A model generated the notes under the pieces. It was not told where the DNA came from. It saw nothing but the letters and a program-made list of their open reading frames with translations, and searched no databases. The position numbers and the translations under genes are program-made. Source: Microthyrium microscopicum (lineage: Eukaryota). From it: 64,000 nucleotides of DNA. The stretch spans positions 1,116,001 through 1,180,000 of the forward strand of contig MU004239.1 in the NCBI GenBank assembly GCA_010405405.1, given 5' to 3'. Shown here in pieces: positions 1 through 11,802 of this stretch (position 1 is the first letter of the stretch; each line of letters begins with the position of its first letter).

Positions 1-282
1 GCTGTTTCTTGACTTGGAACCAAAAAAGTCGTATTTCCCATCTTATTCGAAGGCTGCCAAAGAATGCGATGGGTGGGTTACGGTTTTGCCACGAAAAGTC
101 AGGATGGTCTTCCGCTACATTTCTTGACGATATCCGATGAAACCAAAAATTCACATCTCTGCCATCGCATTGGATGGCTCCCATCAGATGCGATAGGAAT
201 TTCAACGATATCATCCAAAGAGGTTGATGGTCTTTTCGAAGCGGGTCAGCTCCAATCTTGACCTTGTACTGACCATCTTCAG

Positions 283-2712
283 GCGGCCAAGTACTTGAGC
301 GCGTGGCGAGAGTTGAATCGCTGTTAGAGAGTCTGGTAACAAAACTCGACCAACATGTCAAGTATACTGGGAACTCGAATGGATTGGAGATACCGAAGTC
401 TGAGGGAACCGTATCCTTGTATGATACTCGATCAAAAGACTCCATAGTGCCCTCTGTATGTGGTCCTCTTCCATGCATGCATCGTAGCTCAATTCCTAAC
501 GTTCTGTCTATAGAAACGACCCCTCCAACAAAATAAGGAGCTTAAGGTCTGTGAGCTCAAAGTCTGCGAGCAGATGCCCACCCCTGAATCTTCTATTGCA
601 ACACCAGGAATTTCGACCTCTGGAGATTTTGAATATATGAAGGTAAGGTTTCCCCTGTGGCATCACATTTCTGATCTCAAACGATGGAATCCAAAATCAC
701 AAGATCTCCCATCGCACTCGATGCCTACCACGCAATGCGTTTCTGTATGAGTGCTATGGCTCCATCGAATGCGATGCGTGTTCCACGTTTCTGTGAAGGA
801 AATATCGAATGGCCTGTCCAAGGCGTGTTCGTTTTAATCGCAATCTTATACTAATACATCTCAGTTATCACAAACCCTACTTGCAGCATTCCCGTCACAA
901 AATGATATCGACATTCTTTGCAAGTCGGATTATCAAGCGACTTATTACTTTCACAAAATAATGACTAATGCGGACCATGGTCTCGATCACGAGGCATACA
1001 ACTTCGTCGACGAGCTAGCTCAGATACCAAGTCCTTCCACACATCCAGTTATGATTGCTAAACGCATGCTGATATTTGCATCGTTCTTACAATATTTTCC
1101 ACCTCACACGGTAGCAGAGCTCAGCGAACCGGCCTCAATAGTTATCAAACGACTGACTGATGCCGCTATTCAATTGGTGACCACGAATGACGATTTGGTC
1201 GACTGTATGGAGGGTTTGGAATGTATCGTTTTGGAAGCATGTTTCCAAGCCAATGCTGGCAACCTTCGGCGATCTTGGTATGCTCTGAGGCGAGCGATGT
1301 TAACAGCTCAAATCATGAAGCTGGATAAAGAAAATCAATCGCCGAGGAGGATCGATCCGAGAACCACGGTTGATCCTAAGTTTATGTGGCTTCGTCTGGT
1401 AATCATTGATCGATTTCTCAGCCTTATGCTTGGTCTTGCCGAAGGAAACCCGGGCAAGCTTTCATACGAAAATCTCAGCGCTGCAGATCCAAGGACACAA
1501 CTGGAGTTCATGCAGGCTGAAATCATTGGCCATCTGATCAGGCGAAATGCAACTGATCCATTGGCGCAAGATGTCCGCACGACACAAGACCTCGATGCGC
1601 AGCTACTACGTGTAGCGAAAAGCATGCCTGAGGAGTTTTGGCATCCCCCAAACTTTTCTATCCTGGAAATGAATTCTCAAGATGACTTTTCGGAGACGAG
1701 GCGTCTTGGCTATCAGCTTCATCATTTCAATCTTGTTCATTTGCTTCACCTGCCGTACTTGCTTAGTAGCAATGGCCACAGCTATGACAAATACGCAAAA
1801 TTTACGTGTATCAACGCGAGCCGCGAAATTCTTAGCCGATTTGTTGACTTTCGAAACTTTCACAAGTTCACGACCTGCTGCCGGACCGGCGATTTATTTG
1901 CTTGTAAGATATTTTCCAGTTTTAAACCCCATTTCTATACTCCGTCTGCTGGAATCAAAGACTTCTATATATATAGTATCTCCCATCGCATTTGATGGCC
2001 ACCATCGAATTTGTTCCTGCTCGAGTGCTATGGCGCCCATCGCATTCGCTGGCTACCATCAAGTGCGCTTCGGATCGAATGCGTTTCGGATCAAGTGCTA
2101 TGGTTTCCAATCAGCCCTTGATAAAACTCTTCTATAGTCTTACGCTAACAATTTTTAGTAATGGCAGGAATCACAATTCTCATCTCTCACATAGATGGAC
2201 ATCGAAATCCCAATCCCACGGAAAATCTATTAGCGCATCAACGACTGAGCGATCGTGCTATAGTAGAGCATGTGGTTGCAAACATGAACGAAGTCGCCAT
2301 GAACTCCGACGACAAGCTCTTAGGCAGGAACGCGGATATCTTGAAAGGCTTGCTCAAATGCGAAAGAGCAGCCGTGGATGACGACTCGTATACAGCCAGT
2401 TCTGCTCTTTGTTGTTTGGAGCAAGAATTCAATGCACTCCAGACTCCGATATCTTACTTTGGAATGGCCAAAGTCCCACTACATGTGGACAATATCCCAC
2501 TTCCAGTCAATACTTCGAACGATGTCTTTTCATTTGCTGGTCCACGACAGCCCTCCAGCAATGGCTTACTCCCTATGCAATCACAGCTCAGTTATCTTCC
2601 AGCAGATCAGCAAACACTGCATCCGAGTCTAACAGATACCATGCAAGACCCAATGTTTCAAGGTGTCGATGCTATGTTTTTTGACGGCGTGACGCGGGCT
2701 GGATGGCTCTGA
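283..2712 (+). CDS. Fungal-specific transcription factor (middle homology region), 5'-truncated by the window; probably Zn2Cys6 type. Exons 283-455, 514-642, 865-1903, 2159-2712
   Basis: The spliced frame is continuous across GTATGT/GTAAGG/GTAAGA..YAG introns. It gives a coiled coil ERVARVESLLE, then LLAAFPSQNDIDILC, NAGNLRRSW..LRRA...AQ.M and DRFLSLMLG, typical of fungal TF domains. The Zn cluster exon is not in the window. Confidence 0.75.
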
Positions 2713-2806
2713 GAATAGCATAGGGAATGTCAAAATACTGTCATCAAAGCAATCAACTTAGGTAGTCGTTGGTGGGGGGTATGTTGAGATCAATAGCCAA
2801 GTTCGC

Positions 2807-3148
2807 AAGGCATCGTCTGCCTCGAGGTTTGGCGGAGCCATCATGATCTTTGTTGTATGCACCTTCCCTTCTCGGTGGTTGTTCCTGCTATGTTTCTGTT
2901 GTCGGTTTCAGCCTAACTGGCAGTTGCTCCCAGTACGAGACGAAGTCACGATCAGACAATGGAGTCAATGTCCCACCGCACACTACCGGCCTCTTCAAAC
3001 TTCCTCTTCATCTCCTCTATCTCGCTTCCCTTCGCCTCATGAGTCAACTTTATCTGGTTCAGTCAATTCTAGATAACGCTGAAATGCTGAAATTCGTTCC
3101 TGGACGAGAGCTCGAACAGGGTGACCTGCGGAAACTCTTCGACGAGCT
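2807..3148 (+). repeat. Degenerate partial duplicate of ~4262-4645 (upstream region plus first ~22 codons of the neighbouring gene)
   Basis: DNAEMLKFVPGRELEQGDLRKLFDEL vs DNVEMLKIVPGQEFEEGDPRKLFDEL. Upstream blocks also align (caaggcatc..gtctgcctcg..ggagcca; gaagtcRcgaYcaga). Confidence 0.85.
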
Positions 3149-3365
3149 TGCAAGCAGCAAAACCATTTCAAATCCGCAGTGCCGGTATCTCGCCCTACAA
3201 TACGAATTGATATACTGCGATTGTAACGTTTCCGCTGGACATGAACACCAAGCACAACGGCATTGCAAGTGTCGCAAGGTATCACATCCTCAAAGTCTTA
3301 ACTCATTACTCGACTTAAAGTTGTTGTAAAGTTCTATGGTACAAAATCTGGAAGGTGCTAGGTAG

Positions 3366-4133
3366 TCACTAACGGCATGTCAAAATAAATGGCGTGCTCC
3401 CATCAACTCTGATGGGTACCACCAGCGCTGCTAACCAAAAGCTGCTTAAATTCCGCTCGTTTCCACACGTCCTCATCTCCTGGATCATAGTTCACTTGGA
3501 CTTCTCTCTTAACGATTCCGTCTTGAGGAAGATAGAACTTTCGTCGAGCTGGGAGTTCGCTGTTTATCAATTCTCGCATGAGGACGGCAGGTTCTTTAAG
3601 AGGCCTATGTAAGTATTAGTGAGTGAAATGGCTACAATCGACACCTTGACTGAATAAACGGCAGCCTCCCATCGAGTGCGATGGCCGCTATGGCACTCGA
3701 GGGGAGGATGGGCAGACGGGCAGAGAACTTACGTTGGCTCGACCACCTTGATGACGCTGATTTGCTCGCGAAGAGATCGCCATTTCTCCGTGAAAACGTT
3801 CTTGGGATCTTTTTGCGGTAACTCTTCCAGCGTGTGGTCTTTTGAAACTACTGCTGGTGTCTGACGCGGTCTCGCTGCCGCGACTTTTGGCTTCGATTTC
3901 TTTTGCTTTTTGGCAACAGGCATATCCTTTTTCTTTGCTGTGGACTTTTTGCGCTTGCCACTAGGAGCATCAGACTCGCAGGACGAAGCAGAAGCAGATT
4001 TCTGGGTGTCATCATCCTGGGCATCAGAAACTGCATCGTACTCATCGTCGCTTTCCTGCGCAGGGTTCTTTTTCGTTGCGGATCTAGTCTTTCTCCCGGC
4101 GGTCGCGGCGGTAGCCGCCTTTTTCGGCACCAT
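3366..4133 (-). CDS. Hypothetical Lys/acidic-rich, probably nuclear protein. Exons 4133-3733, 3604-3436 and possibly 3368-3366
   Basis: ATG at 4133. Intron 3732-3605 (GTAAGT..CTAAT..TAG) keeps the frame open. A possible second intron 3435-3369 sits just before TGA; unspliced, the frame stops near 3403. Confidence 0.6.
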
Positions 4134-4581
4134 GGTCGACTTTGATGGCAATGCGGATAGCTATGAGTGGAGGTTGAGAACTGAGGAATATGAAGATGTC
4201 GATGATAGAGTTGGAGAATTTTGCAAGTGATGGTTGTGGATTTTTGTGTGGGAGTGGCAGGCAAGGCATCATCCAGTCTGCCTCGCAAGATATGGCAGGA
4301 GCCACCGTTTGTTTTTTGAATGCGCCTACCTGTCTTGGTGGTTGCTTCCCAACTTGTTTTTGTTAGGTGTCAGGAAAGGCAAGCAAGCACTGAGCAGGCA
4401 GTCGCGACCAAACCAAGGTGAAGTCGCGACCAGAGTTATTTTGGCATTGTGCCCACCACCCGGGTTCTCCATCTTCTTCACAACTTACTCTATACTTCAT
4501 CATCATCCACCTCCCTTGAACCATATAGCCGTTGGCTCCATCACCATTTTGTTAGCTCTAACAATTTCGGATAACGTTGAA

Positions 4582-5557
4582 ATGCTGAAAATTGTTCCTG
4601 GACAAGAGTTTGAAGAGGGTGACCCGCGGAAACTCTTCGATGAGTTGTTGCTCGCAGCCTATTACCACAACGAGCATTCGAACTTCGATGCGGCGATTAT
4701 GCAAGTTCAAGCAAACTTGCAAGTTCCTGGTCTTTCGACTTGGTATAAATGCGCAAATATGATCATCGGGCTCGACTCAAAGGCTGCCTGGGATGAGGAA
4801 GCAGACTATTGGTACCACGCGCTACGCGGCGCCATCGCGCGTTTCGATGTTGAGATCAAGGGAAAGCCTGAATTCACTGTGCTTCTTGATGATCTGCGCG
4901 ATTGCTTGGATGATCTCACTAAACAACGTGAAGAAGAGGGCGCTGACCAGCCTTGAATTCAAGACCCGTCGTTCGATGAAGCGTTGGCGCAGGTAAGCAT
5001 TTGCCAATGACATCTTTTCTCTATCTGGATTGACACCGCTTCAGCAAGCCTACGAGGATGAGAAGACATCGTGGGATCGCGAGGAGATGGCAGTACTTAA
5101 TGAGGAGTTCGCAGAACGTCAACGCGAAAAGGCTGGTGCCAAAGCTGCTAGAACTGATCTCACCGAAGAGGAGAAGAATTATAAACCCAAGTCGCTGGCC
5201 GAGAGACTGGGCGGAAGTGCTGTGAGCGAGGGCCACAAGCCTTTCAAATCTCCGATGAAGTCCAAACCCGATCTTGACCCTCCGCCAAAATCCCCCCTCC
5301 CGACGCGACTCGTTAGCAACAAGAACGCCGTACCCAAGAGTCCCAAAACAATTGGACGTACCTCAAAGTTCGAAACCATAGATACATTGCCTGCCATCTA
5401 TGACACAAAGCCCCGCAAAGGTCGCCGAGAGTTGAAGAAGAAGAAAGGCGATGCTATCGATATTCGCGAGATGTGGCACAATGATGAGTCTGGCGAGAAG
5501 GGCAAGAAGGATGACGAGACGAGTGCGGATAGCGAGGGGACTGCAGAAGACCGGTGA
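4582..5557 (+). pseudogene. Hypothetical protein with one in-frame TGA (4954-4956). Exons 4582-4992, 5045-5557
   Basis: The frame continues past TGA for 12 codons to a GTAAGC donor at 4993. Splicing to the CAG at 5044 joins it in frame to the 5045-5557 ORF. Confidence 0.55.
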
Positions 5558-6923
5558 TCTTATATCGACGGTTGAAGAGAGTTCTCTTTCTTGGGGGATG
5601 ATACAAGCGTGAGGATCATTGGTAATAGCTTTCAACAACAATCTGTTCCAATTTCTAAATGGCACGTTCCTCATCCTGAAAAATATCACTGCGGCCATAT
5701 AATAATACTGCCTGATCAACACACATGCCGGTGTCATCTCATGTCTGGCGCGTGCGTGCCTGTTCTACTGGTTTTGTAGAAATCGAAAACCAGTTTCTGT
5801 CCATCAATTTTGTACTCAACAATGATAAGTTAGGTCTATTCTCATCGGAAATCTGCGGGTAAAATAGGAGCTACTTCTCGGCCATCCGCTTTGAGAACGA
5901 CCTTGGTGTTATTGTATTTGCCTGCTTAGGTAGCCTTGCAATGAGCGGTGAGTCATTGCAAGATGGTGCCCGATGCAGTAATTGACGCCGACGTGATAGT
6001 CACTCAGGGTATGGAGAGAATGATTGAGGGGCCGAAGTCTTGGAAGCAGACAAGGCAGACTATCAAAGATATGCGCGGCAATGCTGCATGTAAGACCAGA
6101 ATGTACCTTATTTTTCGAGGATATTCTCATGATTGGACAACTTGTCTCGCAGCTTTTTTGTGTCTAACTTTGATTCCAGTGGTAGGGAAAGAAAATAGGT
6201 ATTGCACATGTGCACCTAAAAGGTAGCTCTAAGATATTCTCTGTGCTGAAACTTTTGGAATGTGGTTGATTTTTAGAACAGGGTGCAAGGGTCCAGAGAT
6301 AGCCAGCCCAGACAAGCCAAGCTCGTGAACCCTGCAAGCCACATGTTTCCTAGCGGTGTTAGCCCACGCTCCGCTCATATGTCCGACGTCCGTGTGGACT
6401 TGATCTGGCTGTTCTAACGTGACTCCAATCATTTGGAGCGAACGCGCCAACAACTCCTTCTCAACCATTTCGGACAATACGGAATACGGTACCTTGTGCA
6501 TTGATGATATCACCCTTTCCATCGGATCTAACCGGCTTCAATCATAACACCATCGAACCGAGTCTTGATCAAGCTTTGATGCTCTGGATGAAAGTTGCTC
6601 CGATGGATTGGTTATCCTCTTTGTCCTGGATAGGGGCATCTGCAGGAGCTTAACGTTATTGTGTCTTCCTCCGCCGAATTCGGGAAATGCCTTACTATGA
6701 TTGCGGCTCTGCTTTCTTCTTTGGTTCAAGATGTGTTCGATCTACAATCTAGAAACTAGCTAAGTTTGTCATGAAAGATTTCCTTTCTTCTTATAAACTC
6801 CGCTCGATTGCCTGTTTCTTGTTGTTGTAGGTATCAAGACTTCATTTCACAAAGCCCTTTTCGGCATCAATACTTCTTTTAATACTTCAACAATTCAAAG
6901 GTCCTGCGCTAGAGTGACCCATA

Positions 6924-9023
6924 ATGACTTCTGATCAATTGTCCAGTCATGGTCCTGGTGATACAGAGAAGCAGTTCGAAAGCGGTATCACCACACCAGA
7001 TCTTGTTGGGGACGAAAAGCTCAAGCATCATGACCAACAAAAAGAATTTGAAGATGTTCAAGTCAACGACCTCGCGGCTTCCGACGAAGAGTATCCCACC
7101 GGTAGAAGGCTCGTCCCCATCATTGTGTCCTTAGTCCTTTCAGTCTTCCTTGTTTCATTAGACATGGTAATTGTCACCCTCACTGGCCGCGAGAGGAACA
7201 CTGAACTGATTGTCTTCAGACCATTGTAGGCACCGCCATTCCAAAAATCACAGATGAATTCCACGGCCTGGATCAAGTAGCCTGGGTAGGTCAGCCACTT
7301 CCTGTAACTCAGCTTCATTGCTAATCGGCGACAGTACGGTGCAGCATACTTCATGACGTTTGGTGGCTTCCAATCAGCTTCCGGGAAGTTTTTCAAGTAT
7401 TTTCCGTTGAAAGCTTCCTTCATTGGCTCTATCGGCATCTTCGAGCTTGGTTCATTAATATGCGGCGTGAGTAAAAATTTCGGTGACGTTCATTGTCGGG
7501 CGCGCAGTGAGTGGTGTTGGAGCCGCTGGCATAGCGACCGGTGCCTTCACAATGATCGCGTTCGCAGCAAAACCTGCTCTTCGACCAAACATGATGGGCA
7601 TTGTTGGTGCTGTCTACGGGCTTTCCAGTGTTATTGGGCCCATCCTCGGTGGTGTGTTCAGCGATAAGACAACCTGGCGTTGGTGGTATGTTTTGGATCT
7701 TACTCACCTTCGTCAACTATGTGACTGACATTTTAGCTTCTTCGTCAACCTGCCTGTCGGAGGTCTCTCTGCCATCTTGATTTTTATCTTCTTCAAGACG
7801 CCGAAACATGCCAAAGTCGTACCAGCGACTCCCAAAGAAAAGTTCTTACAGATGGATCCTGTTGGACTCATTTTGATCATGGCCGGCATCATCAGTTTCA
7901 TACTCGCCATGCAGTATGGAGGACAAACACACCCATGGAAGAGCAGCGTTGTGATCGGTCTACTCGTCGGTGCAGTTCTCATTTGGGCTGTTTTCATAGC
8001 CTGGGAGTCCTGGCAGGGTGAACGCGCCATGCTGATTCCGCGTCTCATGAAACAGCATCATATGTGGCAGCCTTCCTTCTTCCAATTCTTCTTCGCCGCC
8101 GGCTACTTCGTCCTCCTATATTACCTACCGATCTACTTTCAATCAGTAGATAACGCCACACCAATCCATTCAGGCGTGCTCAACCTGCCGCTAGTGCTCG
8201 GTATTGCGCTCGGATCCACTGTGTCCGGCATCATTGTTTCTAAAACTGGACATGCTGCGCCGTTCATGATGCTCGGCGCAGTTATGGGTACTGTTGCTTC
8301 AGGTTTGATCTACACTTTCGACATCGGCACAGGCTCTGGCAAATGGATCGGATATCAAGCCTTGTATGGCATATTCATGGGAATGGGTTTTCAAATGGCT
8401 ATCAACATCGCGCAAGCTAGCTCAAAACCAGAGGATATCTCGTCAGCTACCGCGATGGTATTCTGTAAGTGCTTGTCGTGGCCGCTCAAGAAGTTTTTCC
8501 CATTACTAATACACCTACGTAGTTTTCCAAACAATTGGCGGTGCATTTGCTATCTCTGCTGCACAGTCAGGTTTTGTGAACAGGCTGCTCGGTGTTTTAC
8601 CTACCAGCGCTCCAGGAGTGGATCCCATGAAAGTTATAGCCACAGGTAGCGATCCCCATATAACCCCATCCAAGGTTGATACAGCTCCTTTTGGCTTTGG
8701 AAAATATCTTTTCGTAACTTTATACTGACAAATTAGGTGCTACCGAAATCAGGCACGCTTTTTCGGCCGGTGATGTGGCCGGTATCGTCCAGGCATACAT
8801 GGCGTACGTTTTCCTCTTATATTGTGCTTGAAGGACCATTGCGATGGTTTTTCGATTGCTCACCGCTCTCATACGCTTTGGCGATCTTACACTAACAAAT
8901 CTTAGGGGAGTGAAAGTTACTTTCATTATCATGATCGCTCTATGCAGCACTACAATCATTGCCGCATGTATGGCCCCATGGAAGCGCATCAATGCCGAAT
9001 CGTTGAGTGGTGGCGTTGCTTAA
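6924..9023 (+). CDS. MFS drug:H+ antiporter (DHA2, 14-TM), with an apparent +1 frameshift at ~7479
   Basis: Motifs LVSLDM|TIVGTAIPKITDEF, FELGSLICGV, IVGRAVSGVG, GPILGG..TWRW|FFVNLP and YYLPIYFQ; several canonical introns. AAT-T-TCG at 7476-7482 breaks the frame. Confidence 0.85.
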
Positions 9024-9333
9024 GTTTTGATGATATACAAATGCTTAGCCAAGGAGTTGGGGAAAGTTTAGGTAGCCGCTCTTGTGGGGCGAGTTTGTGC
9101 TTCAATATCCAGAAGTATTGTGCTCATGTAATCTTACATCCAGTAGACTTTTATTTTAATGGCAATGTCTACTTATGCATATGGAATGTCTAGGTATATT
9201 TCAAGACACGATGTTGTTGGTGTTGGAGACTTGCACAGAGCTAGATCCTGCACGTGGAAGATCTGCGGCTAGTTCCGATTTAGACTAGCGTACCAGCCAA
9301 TGGTTATCATCTTGGTCTTTTTACACTCAAAGC

Positions 9334-10738
9334 TTATGCCAACTCCAACTCCAGCAGTGAGTCAAGACTTTGGGGATGGCTCCAGATACCAACAAGCTTC
9401 AAGCCAGCGCCCTCGTACAGTGCCCGATGTTCCTGCTCGGTTCGATGGCGAGCCCCAAGACTGGCCATGAGTTCCCAGTCGAGACACGCTGCAAACAGAA
9501 TGTCAGAATGCGTGCAAACCATGTTCAATCAAATCACTCACTCTGTGGCCATACTGCGCCTTGATTCGGTACGACGAAATCATTGATCAAGATCTTCGAG
9601 TACCTTGGTGTCATTGCCACAACGATCGACTTGAGAATTTGCGTGTTCACTTCATCGTTCCAGTCCTGAATGATGGAATGAAAGTAGTATGCGCGCGCGC
9701 CTAGTGTTCAATGTCAGCGTACGAGCAAGACAATACTACGCAACCTCACCTTTCACCGGTTGCTCTGTCAGGAAGTCATGAGCCATCCTTTCAACTTGCG
9801 GGTTGACTTGTGCAATGTCGACAATCTCTGGCCGATCCTGGAGTACAAGCTTGCCATGTATGTCACTGCCAAAATGTTCTCTCAAACCTTCAATATCGTG
9901 ACCAGTTCCGCCACCCACATCGACCAAGAATGTTTCATCCTCATTAGCACCAGCAAGAAGCCTTTCTTTGACTGGATAGTACTCCTCCTGGAACCATCTT
10001 GGTCGTCCTTTACTCCATGCGCCCATCATGCTCGCGAACCTTTGGCCCATCAATGGCGCAGAACTTTGGAAATACTCAAACATGTGTTGGCCCTTGCATT
10101 GATACTTATGCTGAAATGGCGAATTCAAACCAGTTGTCGGTAGCTTGTAACCATTCTCCTTGAAGAATGACGGAATGCCGACGTGCACAGGCTGAAAATC
10201 GTCTTCGATGAACAGTAGCGAGTCTCGATAGGCAGACTCCGTGAAGCTGTTAGAGAAGAGGGTAGGTGCAAAGGTGTCTGGACCGGTTTCGTGAACTGTC
10301 CCCATCGCAGCAAGGTGTCGAAGCATTCGTGCTAGCAATAGATATCAGTCAGAATGTACAGCTATCCTACGAGACTCATTTATTCTGTGTGGAGACTTCA
10401 CGAGGTCCTGCGGTACAGCACTCACCAATAAGCAGCGGCTCAGCTTGAGGTTCGCATTTGGATGCGATCAGCTCGCTCTTTTGTCCCGCTTCATCCCCAG
10501 AAGCCAGCGCCTCGAACAGCTTAACGTCAATGCCAGTTCGAATGATGGAGTGATGGCATGGTTCTGCCCAGAGTAGCCTCAGCATACTTTCTGTCGGGTG
10601 ACTGAGCTCGCTGATCAATTGAGAACAAACGCCCAATAGTCCTTCCCGTGATCCTGCTTCACCGGATTTGTACAAGTCGCCAAGTTTCGTCAGCTGTTCA
10701 ATGAGAGCTATACTGGCTTGCGATGCTTGTGATGCCAT
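9334..10738 (-). CDS. O-methyltransferase-fold protein (Methyltransf_2). Exons 10738-10426, 10331-9750, 9700-9542, 9488-9334
   Basis: SAM motif LVDVGGGTGHD, LVLQDRP, HDFLTEQPVKGARAYY, and an N-terminal dimerisation/HTH region ARMLRHLAAMG; three canonical introns. Confidence 0.9.
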
Positions 10739-11802
10739 TGTGATGGGACGACACGTTCGAGAGAAAAGCTCACGATCAGAGAGAATCAGTTGTTCTGCAA
10801 AGATAACGCAACTTTAAGCTGGAAAAATAACATCAGCATCTAGGATCTGCACGCAAATAGTTTGAGGGGGTCCAGATGCCCCCACCCAACCTGCCTCATG
10901 CATGCCGTCAAATTGCTTCTTCCAGAGCGACGACATCGAAGCACAACAATCGGCCCACCTTGGTTCACGCACGATTGACTTTGTCCCAAACAAACATATG
11001 AACACCTGGTGTCTGAATTCAGCTTGCAAGAACGATTCCAAGTATCTAAATTGATGAGGTAAAAAATCGAAATAGTTTCGTAAGAAACTCCATTGCTACC
11101 TAAATTTTCCATTTTCGAAATCATAGCGCATGCATACCTGTTGGGCTACAACTCCAGATACATTTTGGGAACACTACCGCAGGTTTCACGGTCTTCAAAA
11201 TTGATTGTTCATTACGACTCATGAACAAGGTACTGTCTGGTGAAAATGAAGAAAAGTTGAGCAGCTCAATTTCTACGATACTGAAGCAAGCTCTCTATAA
11301 TGTAAGCTAAGCGACAAGATATTGGTAAGCAAGGGTTGAATGATGTCCTCTTGCTCTCACACAAGAGAATCCTTTATTTTGGGCTGTGTGTACCAGTGTG
11401 GCAGGTCAGGGGTACAGGAAGACATTGCATGCCATCCTGTCAAGCCTGTGTCTTGCGTACATCTCAGCACAGCCTCAAGCATCGGTTCGCTGTAAACGTC
11501 TATAAAGTTAGGTATTATAGCTGGGGCCTGCAACTCTCAAGCGGGCTATAGACCCCCTGGAGGCCGTTCATGCAAATTACACTGCCACACATGTTGGAGA
11601 TCATGCACAACGACAGGGTGTAGCAACTGTGCCGCAATTCCTCGACCACAAAAAGGTAAAATAGACGTCGCTGAAGCGGCGTTATTTGAAGGATCCCAAG
11701 TCGGCCCCCTTCGAATAGTCATTATAAAAGAGCTTGAGATCGACTGCTTTGTTCGTTCCTATTGCTCGTTCACCTACGACACTATCGCTTAAGGTTTACA
11801 TT

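Noticed and set aside
4954..4956. Selenocysteine recoding of the in-frame TGA
   Set aside because: Ascomycetes are not known to have Sec machinery, and there is no redox-motif context or evident SECIS.
5591..6729. Short ORFs between the hypothetical gene and the MFS gene
   Set aside because: No recognisable motifs or consistent splice model; treated as intergenic.
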